Source of the DNA: Macrostomum hystrix
Lineage: Eukaryota > Animalia > Platyhelminthes
Assembly (NCBI GenBank): GCA_950097015.1
Contig: CATNEN010000026.1
Span: 1,054,001 to 1,118,000, forward strand
Direction of reading: 5' to 3'
DNA length: 64,000 bases
Under the pieces are notes generated by a model. It was not told where the DNA came from and searched no databases. It saw nothing but the letters and a program-made list of their open reading frames with translations. Positions 33,800-47,300 of the stretch are shown piece after piece (position 1 is the stretch's first letter; each line of letters begins with the position of its first letter). A program made the translations under genes and the position numbers.

Positions 33800-35490
33800 C
33801 GAATGAAATCTCAATCTACTGGAGCGACTAGGCATTTTGTCTTTAAGTTTCACTGGTCCACAGAGAACGAATCCCAGATTGGACGACGCAGCCGCCGGTC
33901 CCTCACACCCACGAACGACTTTACCACCGACAATATCGTAGTAGTGATCAGCGCCAATTAGGATTGAGATCGGTGCTTGCATCACGAGGGTCGTACGGAT
34001 CCGCTAAGTCCAAGCCGTTCAGGTGAGGGAATTCGTTCACTAAGACTGAGCGCTGAGGCTCGCAGATCTCTTTGACAACATTAGCACGCAATTTCAGAAC
34101 TTAGTGTGAATCGATTTTTCGAATTGAGACTGAGACGCTACGATGCAATTGTGGTATTGATACCTGTAAAGGTCGACACCTTCAATGATTCAGTTGTGGC
34201 GGACTCGATGTTTAAGAGTTCACACACATCCTTCCTGATGTATGACCTATTGCTAGCCGTGTCCAACAAGACTCGGACTAGAAGTTCTCGTTGACCGTCA
34301 GTACTGAGCGAAATAGCCTTGGCGACAGGAAGGGCAACAGATGGGTTACTACTAACAAACATTGTCGCTGTAAAGCTGTGGGACAAGCTCGCCGATGAAT
34401 CGGACACATTCCATCCATCTCGAGTGGCACACGCCGTGACCGTGGAGCCAGTATAGCTGACGCTGGATTTGAGTCGTTGAGCGTAGACGTAAACTGTCTT
34501 TTGAAGTGATGCATCTGTCTGCTCTGCGGAGGTCGGCAGACACTGGTCACGTGACATGGGTCTTTTCCCCTTTTCCCGCCTTCATTTTGAGCCACATGTA
34601 TGTGCCGATCGCCAGTTTTAGGTTTATGAGCGGCAGGGATGCAAATGCTTACTTGATGAGCTCCTCCACAGTTTCTGCACTTTCGTGAGTCATTGCACAT
34701 GCGAAGCCCATGGCCTGTGCGCAAGCAACGAAAACAGCGATTCTCTTGTTGCAGGAAGGTCCGGCGGCTATTGGCCGTGGCAACCTTTTTTCAAGCTTCT
34801 GACCTGTGCCCTAATCCACAGTAGGCGCAGTACACCTTGCCCGCAGGCCCTTTCTAGAAATTGTTTCGAGATTGGACTGCCAAGGTCGAAATCAAAGGTT
34901 TTGGCAGACTGACAAGCCGTTCACAATCTTGTACCGCCTTTTTGCCAATGCGGTAGCTCCCTTGCCAACCTCAATGTCTGCACTCGGAAGACGCAAGAAC
35001 TATTTCACAGAATTTTTCACAGAGTAATTTCGGCAGCAATAGACTTTCATACGAGGTGGTTTTCATGCCTCGAGGTTCAAGGCTGCGAACCGCAGCCGAA
35101 ACATCATCATGAAACCGTTGAAGACTGGATAGAGAAATGTCCGTCAGCTGGTTCATAAGTTGGTTCATAAGGTCTCTAATGATTAGATCTGGTTAGCCAA
35201 AACGACCGGTGAGAATCTCGATCGCGGCCTGGTAATTGGCACCAGTTACCGCGAGGCCTCGAATGCAAGTCTTTGCTGATTCGGAAAGAGATGCGAGCAG
35301 ATAGTTGAACTTGTCAACCTCAGCAAGAGCCGAATCGACAGAAGAAGAGAATTGATCCCAAAAGAGCTGCCAACCGGCGATTGTGCCGTTGTATGTGGGC
35401 AGCTGACGCTGGGAAGTTTGACATGAGGAAGGGCTTGAGCTTGAGCTTGCGTGCAATACTCAGGTTGCGAAGGAGCATCCGGCAAAGGCG
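33800..35490 (-). mobile_element. BEL/Pao LTR retrotransposon gag-protease remnant
   Basis: KLP..YNG...WQLFWDQF...KFNYL...NYQAAIEILTGRFG (gag), zinc knuckles GH..RMC...CRNCGGAH...C, protease LLDTASNRSYI, and ILIGADHY. Multiple frameshifts. Confidence 0.88.
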
Positions 35491-35569
35491 ATTTCCAAGT
35501 TGACGCTAACCTGCTTTCTAAGAGTTTAATGTACTTGCGACAACGAAATGATTTCTGCTCGTGACCATC

Positions 35570-35851
35570 ATTTTATTTAAAATGAGTTTTGCTAACATCT
35601 GTACTATTAATTATTTATTAAACATTTTCAGCTACTGCCAGGTCTGAATGTCAGCAATGCATGCACGACCTAGTCCGTAAACTGCCCGTTGAAATTGGAG
35701 ACCCAAACGCGCAGAGGCTGAGTAGTATCTTGCAAACGGCATTTATCGACCAGAAGATAAGAAATCCTTAGATTAAAAGTGACTTATGTACTGAGTACGT
35801 AAGCGATGCCTTAATAATAGCCAAGTTAGCGAGTTTTATTAGCACCCAGTT
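35570..35851 (-). repeat. Inverted partner of 29388-29694
   Basis: See partner. Confidence 0.85.
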
Positions 35852-36329
35852 AGCACCCAGGGGCGTGTCGTGCAATTTACGCCCTTGAGGGCCAACCTCC
35901 AAGGCACAGTGAGAGTGTACACTGTCTCAAGATGAGAAAGTTAGCGCAGCTGCATACACCTGTGTGAGTGTGTGCTCAGGAGTCAGTGAAATGGGCAGAA
36001 TTGCCTCCTCGGTGGCTGCGAATTTCAGATAAGGTAAAAATGCATTTCACTGTTTAAAAGAAAACATTTTTACCCTTTCCTTACATAACTCAGGTACACA
36101 TCATCATTCCTTAGTGACAGAAACTTTAAGTTATTTATGAATTCTACGATAATTTATGAAAGAATTGTTTTCTCGCTCGTCTACTTCTAGTAGAATTGTT
36201 GCCATTACAATTCCAAAACACTTTTACTATATACTAAACATAGATTTACTGCTCTGATAAAAGTGCCCCATTAAAAATTAGTTCCGAGATATGAGAGTAA
36301 GTATGAGATAGCAGGAAAGGATTGGGAGA

Positions 36330-38953
36330 GTTGGTTTGAGGTTAAGTGCGGCATTGGGAAGGGGTTGGTTTGAGGTTGAGAGCGGCATTGGGAAGGGGTT
36401 GGTTTGAGGTTAAGTGCGGCATTGGGAAGGGGTTGGTTTGAGGATAAGAGCGGCATTGGGAAGGGGTTGGTTTGAGGTTGAGTGTGGCATTGGGAAGGGG
36501 TTGGTTTGAGGATAAGAGCGGCATTGGGAAGGGGTTGGTTTGAGGTTGAGTGCGGCATTGGGAAGGGGTTGGTTTGAGGTTGAGTGCGGCATTGGGAAGG
36601 GGTTGGTTTGAGGTTGAGTGCGGCATTGGGAAGGGGTTGGTTTGAGGTTGAGAGCGGCATTGGGAAGGGGTTGGTTTGAGGTTGAGTGTGGCATTGGGAA
36701 GGGGTTGGTTTGAGGATAAGAGCGGCATTGGGAAGGGGTTGGTTTGAGGTTGAGTGCGGCATTGGGAAGGGGTTGGTTTGAGGTTGAGTGCGGCATTGGG
36801 AAGGGGTTGGTTTGAGGTTGAGAGCGGCATTGGGAAGGGGTTGGTTTGAGGTTGAGTGCGACATTGGGAAGGGGTTGGTTTGAGGATAAGAGCGGCATTG
36901 GGAAGGGGTTGGTTTGAGGATAAGTGCGGCATTGGGAAGGGGTTGGTTTGAGGTTGAGAGCGGCATTGGGAAGGGGTTGGTTTGAGGTTGAGTGTGGCAT
37001 TGGGAAGGGGTTGGTTTGAGGATAAGAGCGGCATTGGGAAGGGGTTGGTTTGAGGTTGAGTGCGGCATTGGGAAGGGGTTGGTTTGAGGTTGAGTGCGGC
37101 ATTGGGAAGGGGTTGGTTTGAGGTTGAGTGCGGCATTGGGAAGGGGTTGGTTTGAGGTTGAGAGCGGCATTAGGAAGGGGTTGGTTTGAGGTTGAGTGTG
37201 GCATTGGGAAGGGGTTGGTTTGAGGATAAGAGCGGCATTGGGAAGGGGTTGGTTTGAGGTTGAGTGCGGCATTGGGAAGGGGTTGGTTTGAGGTTGAGTG
37301 CGGCATTGGGAAGGGGTTGGTTTGAGGTTGAGAGCGGCATTGGGAAGGGGTTGGTTTGAGGTTGAGTGCGACATTGGGAAGGGGTTGGTTTGAGGATAAG
37401 AGCGGCATTGGGAAGGGGTTGGTTTGAGGTTGAGAGCGGCATTGGGAAGGGGTTGGTTTGAGGTTGAGTGCGGCATTGGGAAGGGTTGGTTTGAGGATAA
37501 GAGCGGCATTGGGAAGGGGTTGGTTTGAGGTTGAGTGCGGCATTGGGAAGGGGTTGGTTTGAGGTTGAGTGCGGCATTGGGAAGGGGTTGGTTTGAGGAT
37601 AAGAGCGGCATTGGGAAGGGGTTGGTTTGAGGTTGAGTGCGGCATTGGGAAGGGGTTGGTTTGAGGATAAGAGCGGCATTGGGAAGGGGTTGGTTTGAGG
37701 TTGAGTGCGGCATTGGGAAGGGGTTGGTTTGAGGTTGAGTGCGGCATTGGGAAGGGGTTGGTTTGAGGTTGAGAGCGGCATTGGGAAGGGGTTGGTTTGA
37801 GGTTGAGTGCGACATTGGGAAGGGGTTGGTTTGAGGATAAGAGCGGCATTGGGAAGGGGTTGGTTTGAGGTTGAGAGCGGCATTGGGAAGGGGTTGGTTT
37901 GAGGTTGAGTGCGACATTGGGAAGGGGTTGGTTTGAGGATAAGAGCGGCATTGGGAAGGGGTTGGTTTGAGGTTGAGTGCGGCATTGGGAAGGGGTTGGT
38001 TTGAGGTTGAGTGCGGCATTGGGAAGGGGTTGGTTTGAGGTTGAGTGCGGCATTGGGAAGGGGTTGGTTTGAGGTTGAGTGCGGCATTGGGAAGGGGTTG
38101 GTTTGAGGTTGAGAGCGGCATTGGGAAGGGGTTGGTTTGAGGTTGAGTGCGACATTGGGAAGGGGTTGGTTTGAGGATAAGAGCGGCATTGGGAAGGGGT
38201 TGGTTTGAGGTTGAGAGCGGCATTGGGAAGGGGTTGGTTTGAGGTTGAGTGCGGCATTGGGAAGGGTTGGTTTGAGGATAAGAGCGGCATTGGGAAGGGG
38301 TTGGTTTGAGGTTGAGTGCGGCATTGGGAAGGGGTTGGTTTGAGGTTGAGTGCGGCATTGGGAAGGGGTTGGTTTGAGGTTGAGTGCGGCATTGGGAAGG
38401 GGTTGGTTTGAGGTTGAGTGCGGCATTGGGAAGGGGTTGGTTTGAGGTTGAGTGCGGCATTGGGAAGGGTTGGTTTGAGGATAAGAGCGGCATTGGGAAG
38501 GGGTTGGTTTGAGGTTGAGTGCGGCATTGGGAAGGGGTTGGTTTGAGGATAAGAGCGGCATTGGGAAGGGGTTGGTTTGAGGTTGAGTGCGGCATTGGGA
38601 AGGGGTTGGTTTGAGGTTGAGTGCGGCATTGGGAAGGGGTTGGTTTGAGGTTGAGTGCGGCATTGGGAAGGGGTTGGTTTGAGGTTGAGTGCGGCATTGG
38701 GAAGGGGTTGGTTTGAGGTTGAGTGCGGCATTGGGAAGGGTTGGTTTGAGGATAAGAGCGGCATTGGGAAGGGGTTGGTTTGAGGTTGAGTGCGGCATTG
38801 GGAAGGGGTTGGTTTGAGGATAAGAGCGGCATTGGGAAGGGGTTGGTTTGAGGTTGAGTGCGGCATTGGGAAGGGGTTGGTTTGAGGTTGAGTGCGGCAT
38901 TGGGAAGGGGTTGGTTTGAGGTTGAGTGCGGCATTGGGAAGGGGTTGGTTTGG
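36330..38953. repeat. 34 bp G-rich minisatellite (~77 copies)
   Basis: Unit gcggcattgggaaggggttggtttgaggttgagt with a few recurring variants. Confidence 0.97.
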
Positions 38954-40112
38954 GATGGGGTGGATGTGGGGTTGGGGAGGGATGGAGCAGGCACTGATGC
39001 CCCAACAAATCGATTGCAAACAGTTGTATGGGGTCCCATTGTAACTCTGATAAAAAGAAGGCGATAGAACAAGGAATAAAGACAGGAGGCGGTGCAGGAT
39101 AAAATTCAGAGCAAGAAATGAAGACAAAGGAAGCGTCGTATCCGTTTGGGCTGGCGACTCGCTTTAGCATCCTGGAGGAGCCGGCCATTTTGAGTAGATA
39201 ATGATGTCCCCAGGGTGGTTAGGGAGAGCTTGGCCAAAGCCGTGACAACCGAGGTCCCTCCTAACTTGATTTGCTATAGTGCGGCCCGGCCATGAGAGGA
39301 CGGGGACTATCTGTAGATGAGATCCCAGGGATCTGGGAGCTGAGGTGCAGCGGTGGTATCATCTGCAGCGTCCCGCCGGCCACGCCTGGCCAAAAGCAGT
39401 TTTGACCAACTCACGAACTAATTCGACTTATCTTTCCCCAATTTTCCTATTCAGTTCTGCCCACAAGATCCCGCTGGGCTGGTCTCGATTGAAAATTAGC
39501 CTCAGAAATGCCGGGAAAGTGAATCTTCCTATATTGGATTACACGGCCAGAAATTGGAGCGGTGCAATTGGGATTTGGAAGATTGAGAGAGACCTGCGTA
39601 GCTGCTCAGATCCGCCTGTAGATTAAGCAGGGATGTGAATTTGATCAGGCCCGCGAGATACCCCTATTGCCCCAGTTTCATTGCCACCTGTTTCTATAAT
39701 TTAGAAATAATAAGTAGAACTGGTAGTGGAACTACCAGAGACTCAAGAACTCGGGCCAATTTTTTGTTGCGCATCTTCTGAAACAAGAATCAAGTTGCCA
39801 GCCTTTCAGACCGTCGAGATATTCAATGGTTCTGGCCGAAAGTCAGATTTTTACCATAAGCGCTAGTGTATTTCATACACCTCTATACACGAATTAGCAC
39901 TGCGCCTCAGTGCGGCCTTGCCAGGCCTTCGATATTTATCAGCATGTCACCCGAATGTGCTTGCATCATCTCCGTCTTCGGTGGTCACCTACCTTTATCT
40001 AGACGGACTGCTGGACCTTCAAGGGCGAAACTATAGACACCCTGACGCGAATTTCTCCAATTTCACTGATCAAGCCAAAATATTAGGGGCAGTTCAAGCG
40101 CAGGACACCACC

Positions 40113-42666
40113 GCCTAGTCTGTCAACCAATCAGTCACCACCCAACGCTGTTAGCATTCAGGCGCTGCTTCAATCGAGCTTCGTAGTCCTACAGTTAACA
40201 AACACCCAACATTCTTAGAATTCAATAGCATTTAAATCATCGCCTTTATCCTCAAGCCTCTAATGAGCCAGTCGATCTTTTCTAGCTCCTACGCTCGTAG
40301 TTGAGTTTTATCAATGTGTCTCTTCTAGGAGAGAAGCAAATTAAATTACAGCCTGCATCTGCAGCCACTGTTTCTGAGGAGAAATTTAGACAGCCGAGCA
40401 GTTCTGCTCCGCCACACGCATTTCCTCACCCTTCTTCTCTCCTTTTACTGACTTCCAGGGCGTCACAGCCACATCATGGAGCGGTCCTTTCAGCAGCGGA
40501 ATTTCTGCAGAAGTATAACCACAAAGGAGGATGAAAAAACAAGGCCACGTTATAGGCAAGGTACAGTTTAGGCGAATAGACAGCCAAAGAAACGAATGGT
40601 TTAGCAATCCAATGCAGCTACAAAGCAGGCTTATAATCAACTTATTTACAGGCAAATAGCGACTCTCGTGCTGCAATTATGCGTAAAAAAACTCGTATCG
40701 AGGCGCAATCTATAGCTCTTCGCATTCAGCTCCCCAACTTTTCATCCTAAAGCGAACTTTAACCGAACAGGTAAAGCAACGAAACGCAGACACCGCGGTA
40801 GTTTAAAAAAAATTAAGTACGTGCAGAAACAGTCTTAAGTCCAACTCAACCCCCCCGCCGACTGTATCGTCAAATCCGATTTTTTTGCACGTCTCGAATT
40901 TTATCTACAATTTTTTAGATCTCGACAAGTAGGTCCATCCCAGGAACCTACATCGAGTGTATCCGGGATAATTATCTGCTGGCGATTCCTGCTGGGGAGG
41001 GTACGCCTCATAACCAGAGGTGACAACTTGCCTGTGTGTGTCTGTGTGTGCCTGTGTGTGTCTGTGTGTGTTTGTGTGTGCCTGTGTGTGCCTGTGTGTG
41101 TCTGTGTGTGTTTGTGTGTGTCTGTGTGTGCCTGTGTGTGTCTGTGTGTGCCTGTGTGTGTATGTGTGTGCCTGTGTGTGTCTGTGTGTGTCTGTGTGTG
41201 TCTGTGTGTGTCTGTGTGTGTCTGTGTGTGACTGTGTGTGTCTGTGTGTGTTTGTGTGTGCCTGTGTGTGCCTGTGTGTGTCTGTGTGTGCCTGTGTGTG
41301 TCTGTGTGTGTCTGTGTGTGTCTGTGTGTGTCTGTGTGTGTCTGTGTGTGTCTGTGTGTGCCTGTGTGTGTCTGTGTGTGACTGTGTGTCTGTGTGTGTC
41401 TGTGTGTGTCTGTGTGTGTCTGTGTGTGCCTGTGTGTGTCTGTGTGTGTCTTTGTGTGTCTTTGTGTGCCTGTGTGTGACTGTGTGTGACTGTGTGTGTC
41501 TGTGTGTGCCTGTGTGTGCCTGTGTGTGACTGTGTGTGTCTGTGTGTGCCTGTGTGTGACTGTGTGTGACTGTGTGTGACTGTGTGTGCCTGTGTGTGAC
41601 TGTGTGTGACTGTGTGTGTCTGTGTGTGTGTGTGTGTCTGTGTGTGTCTGTGTGTGCCTGTGTGTGACTGTGTGTGTCTGTGTGTGACTGTGTGTGCCTG
41701 TGTGTGTCTGTGTGTGTCTGTGTGTGTCTGTGTGTGACTGTGTGTGGCTGTGTGTGCCTATGTGTGTCTGTGTGTGTCTGTGTGTGTCTGTGTGTCTGTG
41801 TGTGTGTTTCTGTATGTGTCTGCGTGTGTCTGTGTGTCTGTGTGTGTGTGTCTGTATGCGTCTGTGTGTGTGTTTCTGTATGTGTCTGCGTGTGTCTGTG
41901 TGTCTGTGTGTGTGTGTCTGTATGTGTCTGTGTGTGTCTGTGTGTCTGTGTGTGTGTGTCTGTGTGTGTGTGTCTGTATGTGTCTGTGTGTGTGTTTCTG
42001 TATGTGTCTGCGTGTGTCTGTGTGTCTGTGTGTGTGTGTCTGTATGTGTCTGTGTGTGTCTGTTTGTCCGCAGCTATTGAATCGAGCCAATACTCGTAGC
42101 CAGAATCGAACGAAGAGTAGAATCGCAGCTAGAAGTAAACCAAGAACTCATTAAAGATTCTAAGCTACAATCGAATTTTAGTTAAGAATCGCAGTAGGAA
42201 CCGAAGCTAGAATCGAAGCTAGAATCGAAATAATAATCCTAGTTGAATAATTGCTTGAGTCGGAGCTAGAATACTCGTTGGGAACGCGTTTTGAGTTGAG
42301 ATCAGCTAATATCAGTTCAAAGCAATACAAAAAAGCTGCATTCATCGTTCGCAGATAAAGCTAGAAAAGTCCAACTGCCTTTAGTTTTTTTCAACCAGAG
42401 AACGTTCTGCTGCTTTAGAAATGACAGGTGCAAAAAACACCAAGATGGACCCGCAATTCCTGCTTCAACGCTCTGCTGCTTTAAAAAGTAACTTTTCCTC
42501 TTGCTGTCACGGGGGAGGCCAGTTGAATAATTGATTCGACAAGCAGTTGTCTGCTTCTGGCCTGGAAGCCGGGAGATGCTCCGCTGGCACGCCTCCTTCA
42601 CGCCTAATTGAATTGAGAAACAATTGAGTGCCTGGCTGGATCTCACGAGCCTCACTAAAGGATGAC
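40113..42666 (+). repeat. Segmental duplication, copy 2 (GT satellite only ~1 kb, 41031-42066)
   Basis: Matches 1-5408; continues into accaagtctg... instead of the Polinton. Confidence 0.95.
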
Positions 42667-42923
42667 ACCAAGTCTGTGTGTTTTTCTCTAAATACACAAG
42701 TGGAATGACAGGCCAGGAACTATTGAAAGTAAATCTGTGAGCTCCGTCTTTGTCCTTCAGGGACACTTTTCACTGAAGCGTCAATAGCCACTGGAAGGCA
42801 GTGCTGGCAGTTCAACAGACTGACCTGGGTGCATGGATACTACGGTACACTATCTACTTATAGGCCAGTGGTTCAAATCTCAGCAAGACTTGAGAATGAC
42901 GCTTAACTAAAATTGCTTTAGCT

Positions 42924-43230
42924 CAGGGGTAGACAAACTTATTTGCTGGCGGGCCAAAGAGAGAGCCTAAAAGACGACAGCGGGCCGCATTGACTGTATA
43001 AATATGAGATAGGGGAGAGATGAGACACGGGAAAGATGGGACACGAAAGAGATGAGACGCGGGAGAGATAAGACAGGGAAGAGGTTAGACACGGGAGAGA
43101 TTAGACACGGGAGAGATTAGACACGAGAGAGATGAAACAGGACACTGTAGATTTCAGAAGGGGCAACGGGCCGGATTTGGGAGCTTCGAGGGCCGCATCT
43201 GGCCCGCGGGCCGGAGTTTGCCTACCCCTG
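42924..43230. mobile_element. hAT-type MITE (307 bp)
   Basis: TIRs CAGGGGTAGACAAACT / AGTTTGCCTACCCCTG, internal gggccg motifs, near-TSD ctttagct / cttagctg. Confidence 0.8.
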
Positions 43231-44362
43231 CTTAGCTGATCCAACTGTAAAAATGGGATATAACTTGAGAGGATGTTGTAACCTTCCCAGTACGCTGACT
43301 GAACAGAGCTGTGCACTGGTAAAATCGGTGCTAAAGCCTCGTAGATGGTTCCTCCTTCCTCATCCTGCCAGTTTCATTTCTCAGTCGTATCACTGGGATA
43401 AATACTGTCTCGGGAGCCATGAAACCAGAACCAATCCGCTATACTGGGCCGTTTTGCTAGATGCGCCAGTTTATCTGCACTGTTCACTCTGCTGGAAGTG
43501 TCGCCTCAGACGCCTTAGCTGGCAATGTTTCTGCGGCTGAAGTTAAAGTTAGCCATGTCTGCCACCATCGATGAGGCACCCGGGGCCGGATCATTTCGAT
43601 GGGACCAACAGTCTGGGCTTGGTGTGTTTGGCGCCAGGCAGTCTGGGCGTGGAGTTGGAGAGCAGTTGAAATGCAGGCCATTTTACAGCGGGCGAGACCC
43701 GGGCTTGGCGGCTGTCAAGTTTTTTTGTCGGCACAATGAGAGCCGCGGCTCTGACAACACCGGCTTTGATACAATGCTCAGGCGATGCTTCCACTACCCC
43801 TCCCCCGCCTCCTGTGAGCGCAGCCATTTAATTCCAGCATCCGCCTTGGCACTTCCCAACCAACTCGCTCTGGCTCTTCTTTCATGGGACAATTTTATGA
43901 CTCCCCCCCCATACCAGAGCTGGTGGCTAGCGACGCCCAGCCTACCCGACACGCAGATGATGTCTTTCATTGTTTTCTGCTTCGACTGAGTAAGAAAAGG
44001 GAAAGTGCATTGTCGGCAACGTTAAAAAAGATGAGTTTAGCAGGTCGCGACAGTGCATAAAATTTCAGCCATTTTTTAAGTGAACAGCTCATATAAAACA
44101 GGTGTTCGCCTAAAAGCTGGTATTTTATTAGACTGGGAGAGACGGTACAAAAGACAGTCAGAAGAATTACTCCATTTCTTGACCCGGAATAGAGATAGAG
44201 TTCTGGGCTTGTTGCAGTCTTCCTAGCTTCTTTGCTATTGGTCCTCGCGACCCAACCAATGGCTGTCCGTGCGACAGAGCCCCAAAGCTAGCCCCAGTCG
44301 AGCAGCCTTTATGATTAGCCTTGCTAGTTCTCGGGATTGTTCGGGACTCACAGAGAGCACTG

Positions 44363-47300
44363 ATGTTGCTGCTGCTTGTGCTATCAGTGGCGTTAGGGCC
44401 GGCGGCAGCAATTTCTTCGGCTGCCAGTGTCGATCCCTTGACCTTTGAAATCGACGAAGAGGTGCCGCATGGTACGCAAATCGCCAACCTCAATCGTCGT
44501 CTCAGATTGATGGACGGTACCAAATTCGAGACCGTCTTCTGGACCGAGAAGCAGAAGCAGCTGCTGAGCCTGGACGCTGCCAGCGGCCTTATCGTAACCT
44601 CCGGCCGGCTGGACAGCGAGGCCCTCTGCCCAATGCGGCGCGATCCCTGCGAGCTGCAGTTCTCAATACTCGCGCATCCGCCTCCAAACACAGCGGGCAG
44701 CTCCGGCAGCTCTGGCAGCTACCATTCGTTCCGCCTTCTGCTGCGTGACATTAACGACAACCGTCCGCGCTTCAAGACTCAACAGCTTAAAATCAATATC
44801 AGCGAGTCGGCTTCCGTTGGCGCACTGTATTCTCTCCCGCCAGCTGAGGATATTGATGGCATTGAAGAGCACAGGCGCACAATCTACGACCTGAAACCCG
44901 AGGACGCGGAGGCGGCGGCGCACTTTCGACTGACCGTGCAGGACTCGAGCGACCAAACCGGAGCTCACAAAAAATTACCAAAGCTGGAGCTGGTGAAGTC
45001 TCTGGACAGGGAGACGCGAGACCATTATCGCTATCGGCTGATTGCTAGCGAAGCCCAGCACCAGAACCTGAACGAGACCGACCAACTAGTCATTGATGTT
45101 CTTGTGCAGGATGCCAACGACAATCCGCCCAGCTGGCCAGAAAAGCCAGCTCCGGTGACACTGGCGGAGTGCGACTCGCTGCACCGGAGCCTCCTGCTTC
45201 TGCGCGCTCATGACCCCGACTTGAACGAGCGAATAACTTACTCAATTGCGCCAACAGCAGCGAAAGAGGTAGCCACGGCCTTTTACATCTCTGGCGCCCA
45301 CCTCATGCAAAACCGATCCCTTGACTACGAGAACCCAGCTGAGCGGGCACTGGTTATCCCGGTGGTCGCCGAGGACTCCGGGCGGCTGCGATCCGAGACC
45401 GAGGTATCGATCCAACTGACAGACTGCAACGACAACTACCCGACTATCGAGCTCAGCGGTGCCAAGAATGATGAGGTCAGTCTGACTGAGAATGACAGTT
45501 CTGAGCGCACTCTGGCGCAGGTGATGGCGTCGGATGCTGACTCAGGCAACAATGGCAGCGTCGATTGCAGGGCGGAGCCGGACAACCACTTCCGGCTGGT
45601 CCGCGTGCCGCTGCCGGTGAGCGATCAGTCGCGCCGGTCGGTCATCTATGAACTGCGCAAACCGGCCGGGGTCAGCTTCGATAGGGAGGCCGCGCTCGGT
45701 CGGCAAACCTCGCTAGTGGTTCTCTGCAGCGACCAAGGCTCTCCGCCGAAAGAAAGGCGACGCCGGCTAACTGTACGCATAATCGACGTGAACGACAACG
45801 AACCCCGGCTAGAGCGGACATTCTACCAGTTTATTCTGCCCGAGAACAGCCCAGTAAATACATTAGTAGGCGTCCTATCCGCCGAAGATCCAGACGACCC
45901 TTCAACGCCATTACACTTCGAGTTGGACACCACTGGGCGTCAGTATTTCATCATCAGCTCAACTAGCCGAGGCCGAGCTGAGATTCGAGCGCGGATAATA
46001 TTCGATCGCGAGGAGCATAGCGTGTACAACTTTGCCGTCATAGTCAGTGACAACGACGGTGGCCCAGTTTCGTTATCGGCCACCGCAACAGTGAAGGTAG
46101 TCATAGATGACGTCGACGACTCGCCGCCAGTCTTCCAGCCTACCGAGTACCACTTTCGCGTTGTTGAAGACTTTGGCGCGAACATCAGCCAACCCCTCAT
46201 CGGCACTGTGTCTGCCACCGATGCCGACTTGGGAGCCAATGCTGAGATTCGCTACCGAGTTGGTAGCGGCCACTCAACTGCCATTAACTTTTACTTCAAG
46301 GGCGATCGCCTGTATGGCAAGGGAAACTTTGACCGTGAGCGACACGAGACGCTGTCCTTGGAGGTTCTTGCCGTTGGTTCCAAGATGTCCACTTCGGCCC
46401 AGGTGACCATCACGCTGCTGGATGTCAATGACAATCGTCCTATTTTGGAGGGCCTCAGGCAAGTTTACAATCTGTCTGCCGCGAGTCCCGCAGGCACGCA
46501 GCTCCTGCCTCAGGTGCGCGGACGCGATGACGACTTTGGCGAAAACGGAACAATAGTCTTTGGCCTGGAAGAGGCGGAGATGGTCAGCAGCAACGGCGTC
46601 ATCGAAGGCGGCGGGCCGTATTTCAGTGTTGACAAAACGCATGGCATGGTGACACTGATTCAGACGTTTAAACGGGGCATCGGGCGGCGCTTCCGCCTCA
46701 CCCTGCTGGCGAAGGACCGCGGCCTACCACCAATGGAGAGTCGCCACGTCACCTTTGTGCACATTGTTGACGCGGTGCATGCAACGCGCGTTGGTGTCGA
46801 TGGCGTCGGCATGCGCGACGACGATGGACGCGGCAGCGGAGCTGCTGGCGGCCGTGCGCAGAGATCTCAGACTGACCGGAACCTGCTGCTGCTGCTGTGT
46901 CTGGCTGCTGTGGTGTTTGTGATATTTGTGGCCCTCCTAGCTGTGCTGCTGTACATGCACGCCTGGGGTGAGTTCTTGCTTCTTCCTGCAGCTTCAATTA
47001 CTTTTTACTTCCACACTTTCACATTAGCGGAGGAATTTTCGCGACGAATTTGGAAGTGTAGGTCTAAGTGAATCCTACTATAAAATTAACATCTATTGAC
47101 TGAATAGAACAGTCCAAGTTCTCGATCTATCAATCACCCAGCTGGCTCCTCAAACCTCTCCCCTGTCTATTCGAATTCGGCCGCAGGTCGCCGAGAGACG
47201 TCACGCACGGCTGTTAGATCGAACCGAAGCGCCGCCCTGTACGATAGGGCCAATACGGAACCGGTGAGTTTCCCGGTGGCACAAGAGGAAGTGCGTGTTG

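Noticed and set aside
36271-39188. Very long ORFs (933, 905, 672 aa) on the minus strand
   Set aside because: They are stop-free readings of the 34 bp satellite in all frames, with no coding signal.
43253-43989. ORFs upstream of the protocadherin
   Set aside because: No recognisable domain or splice support; probably promoter or UTR sequence.
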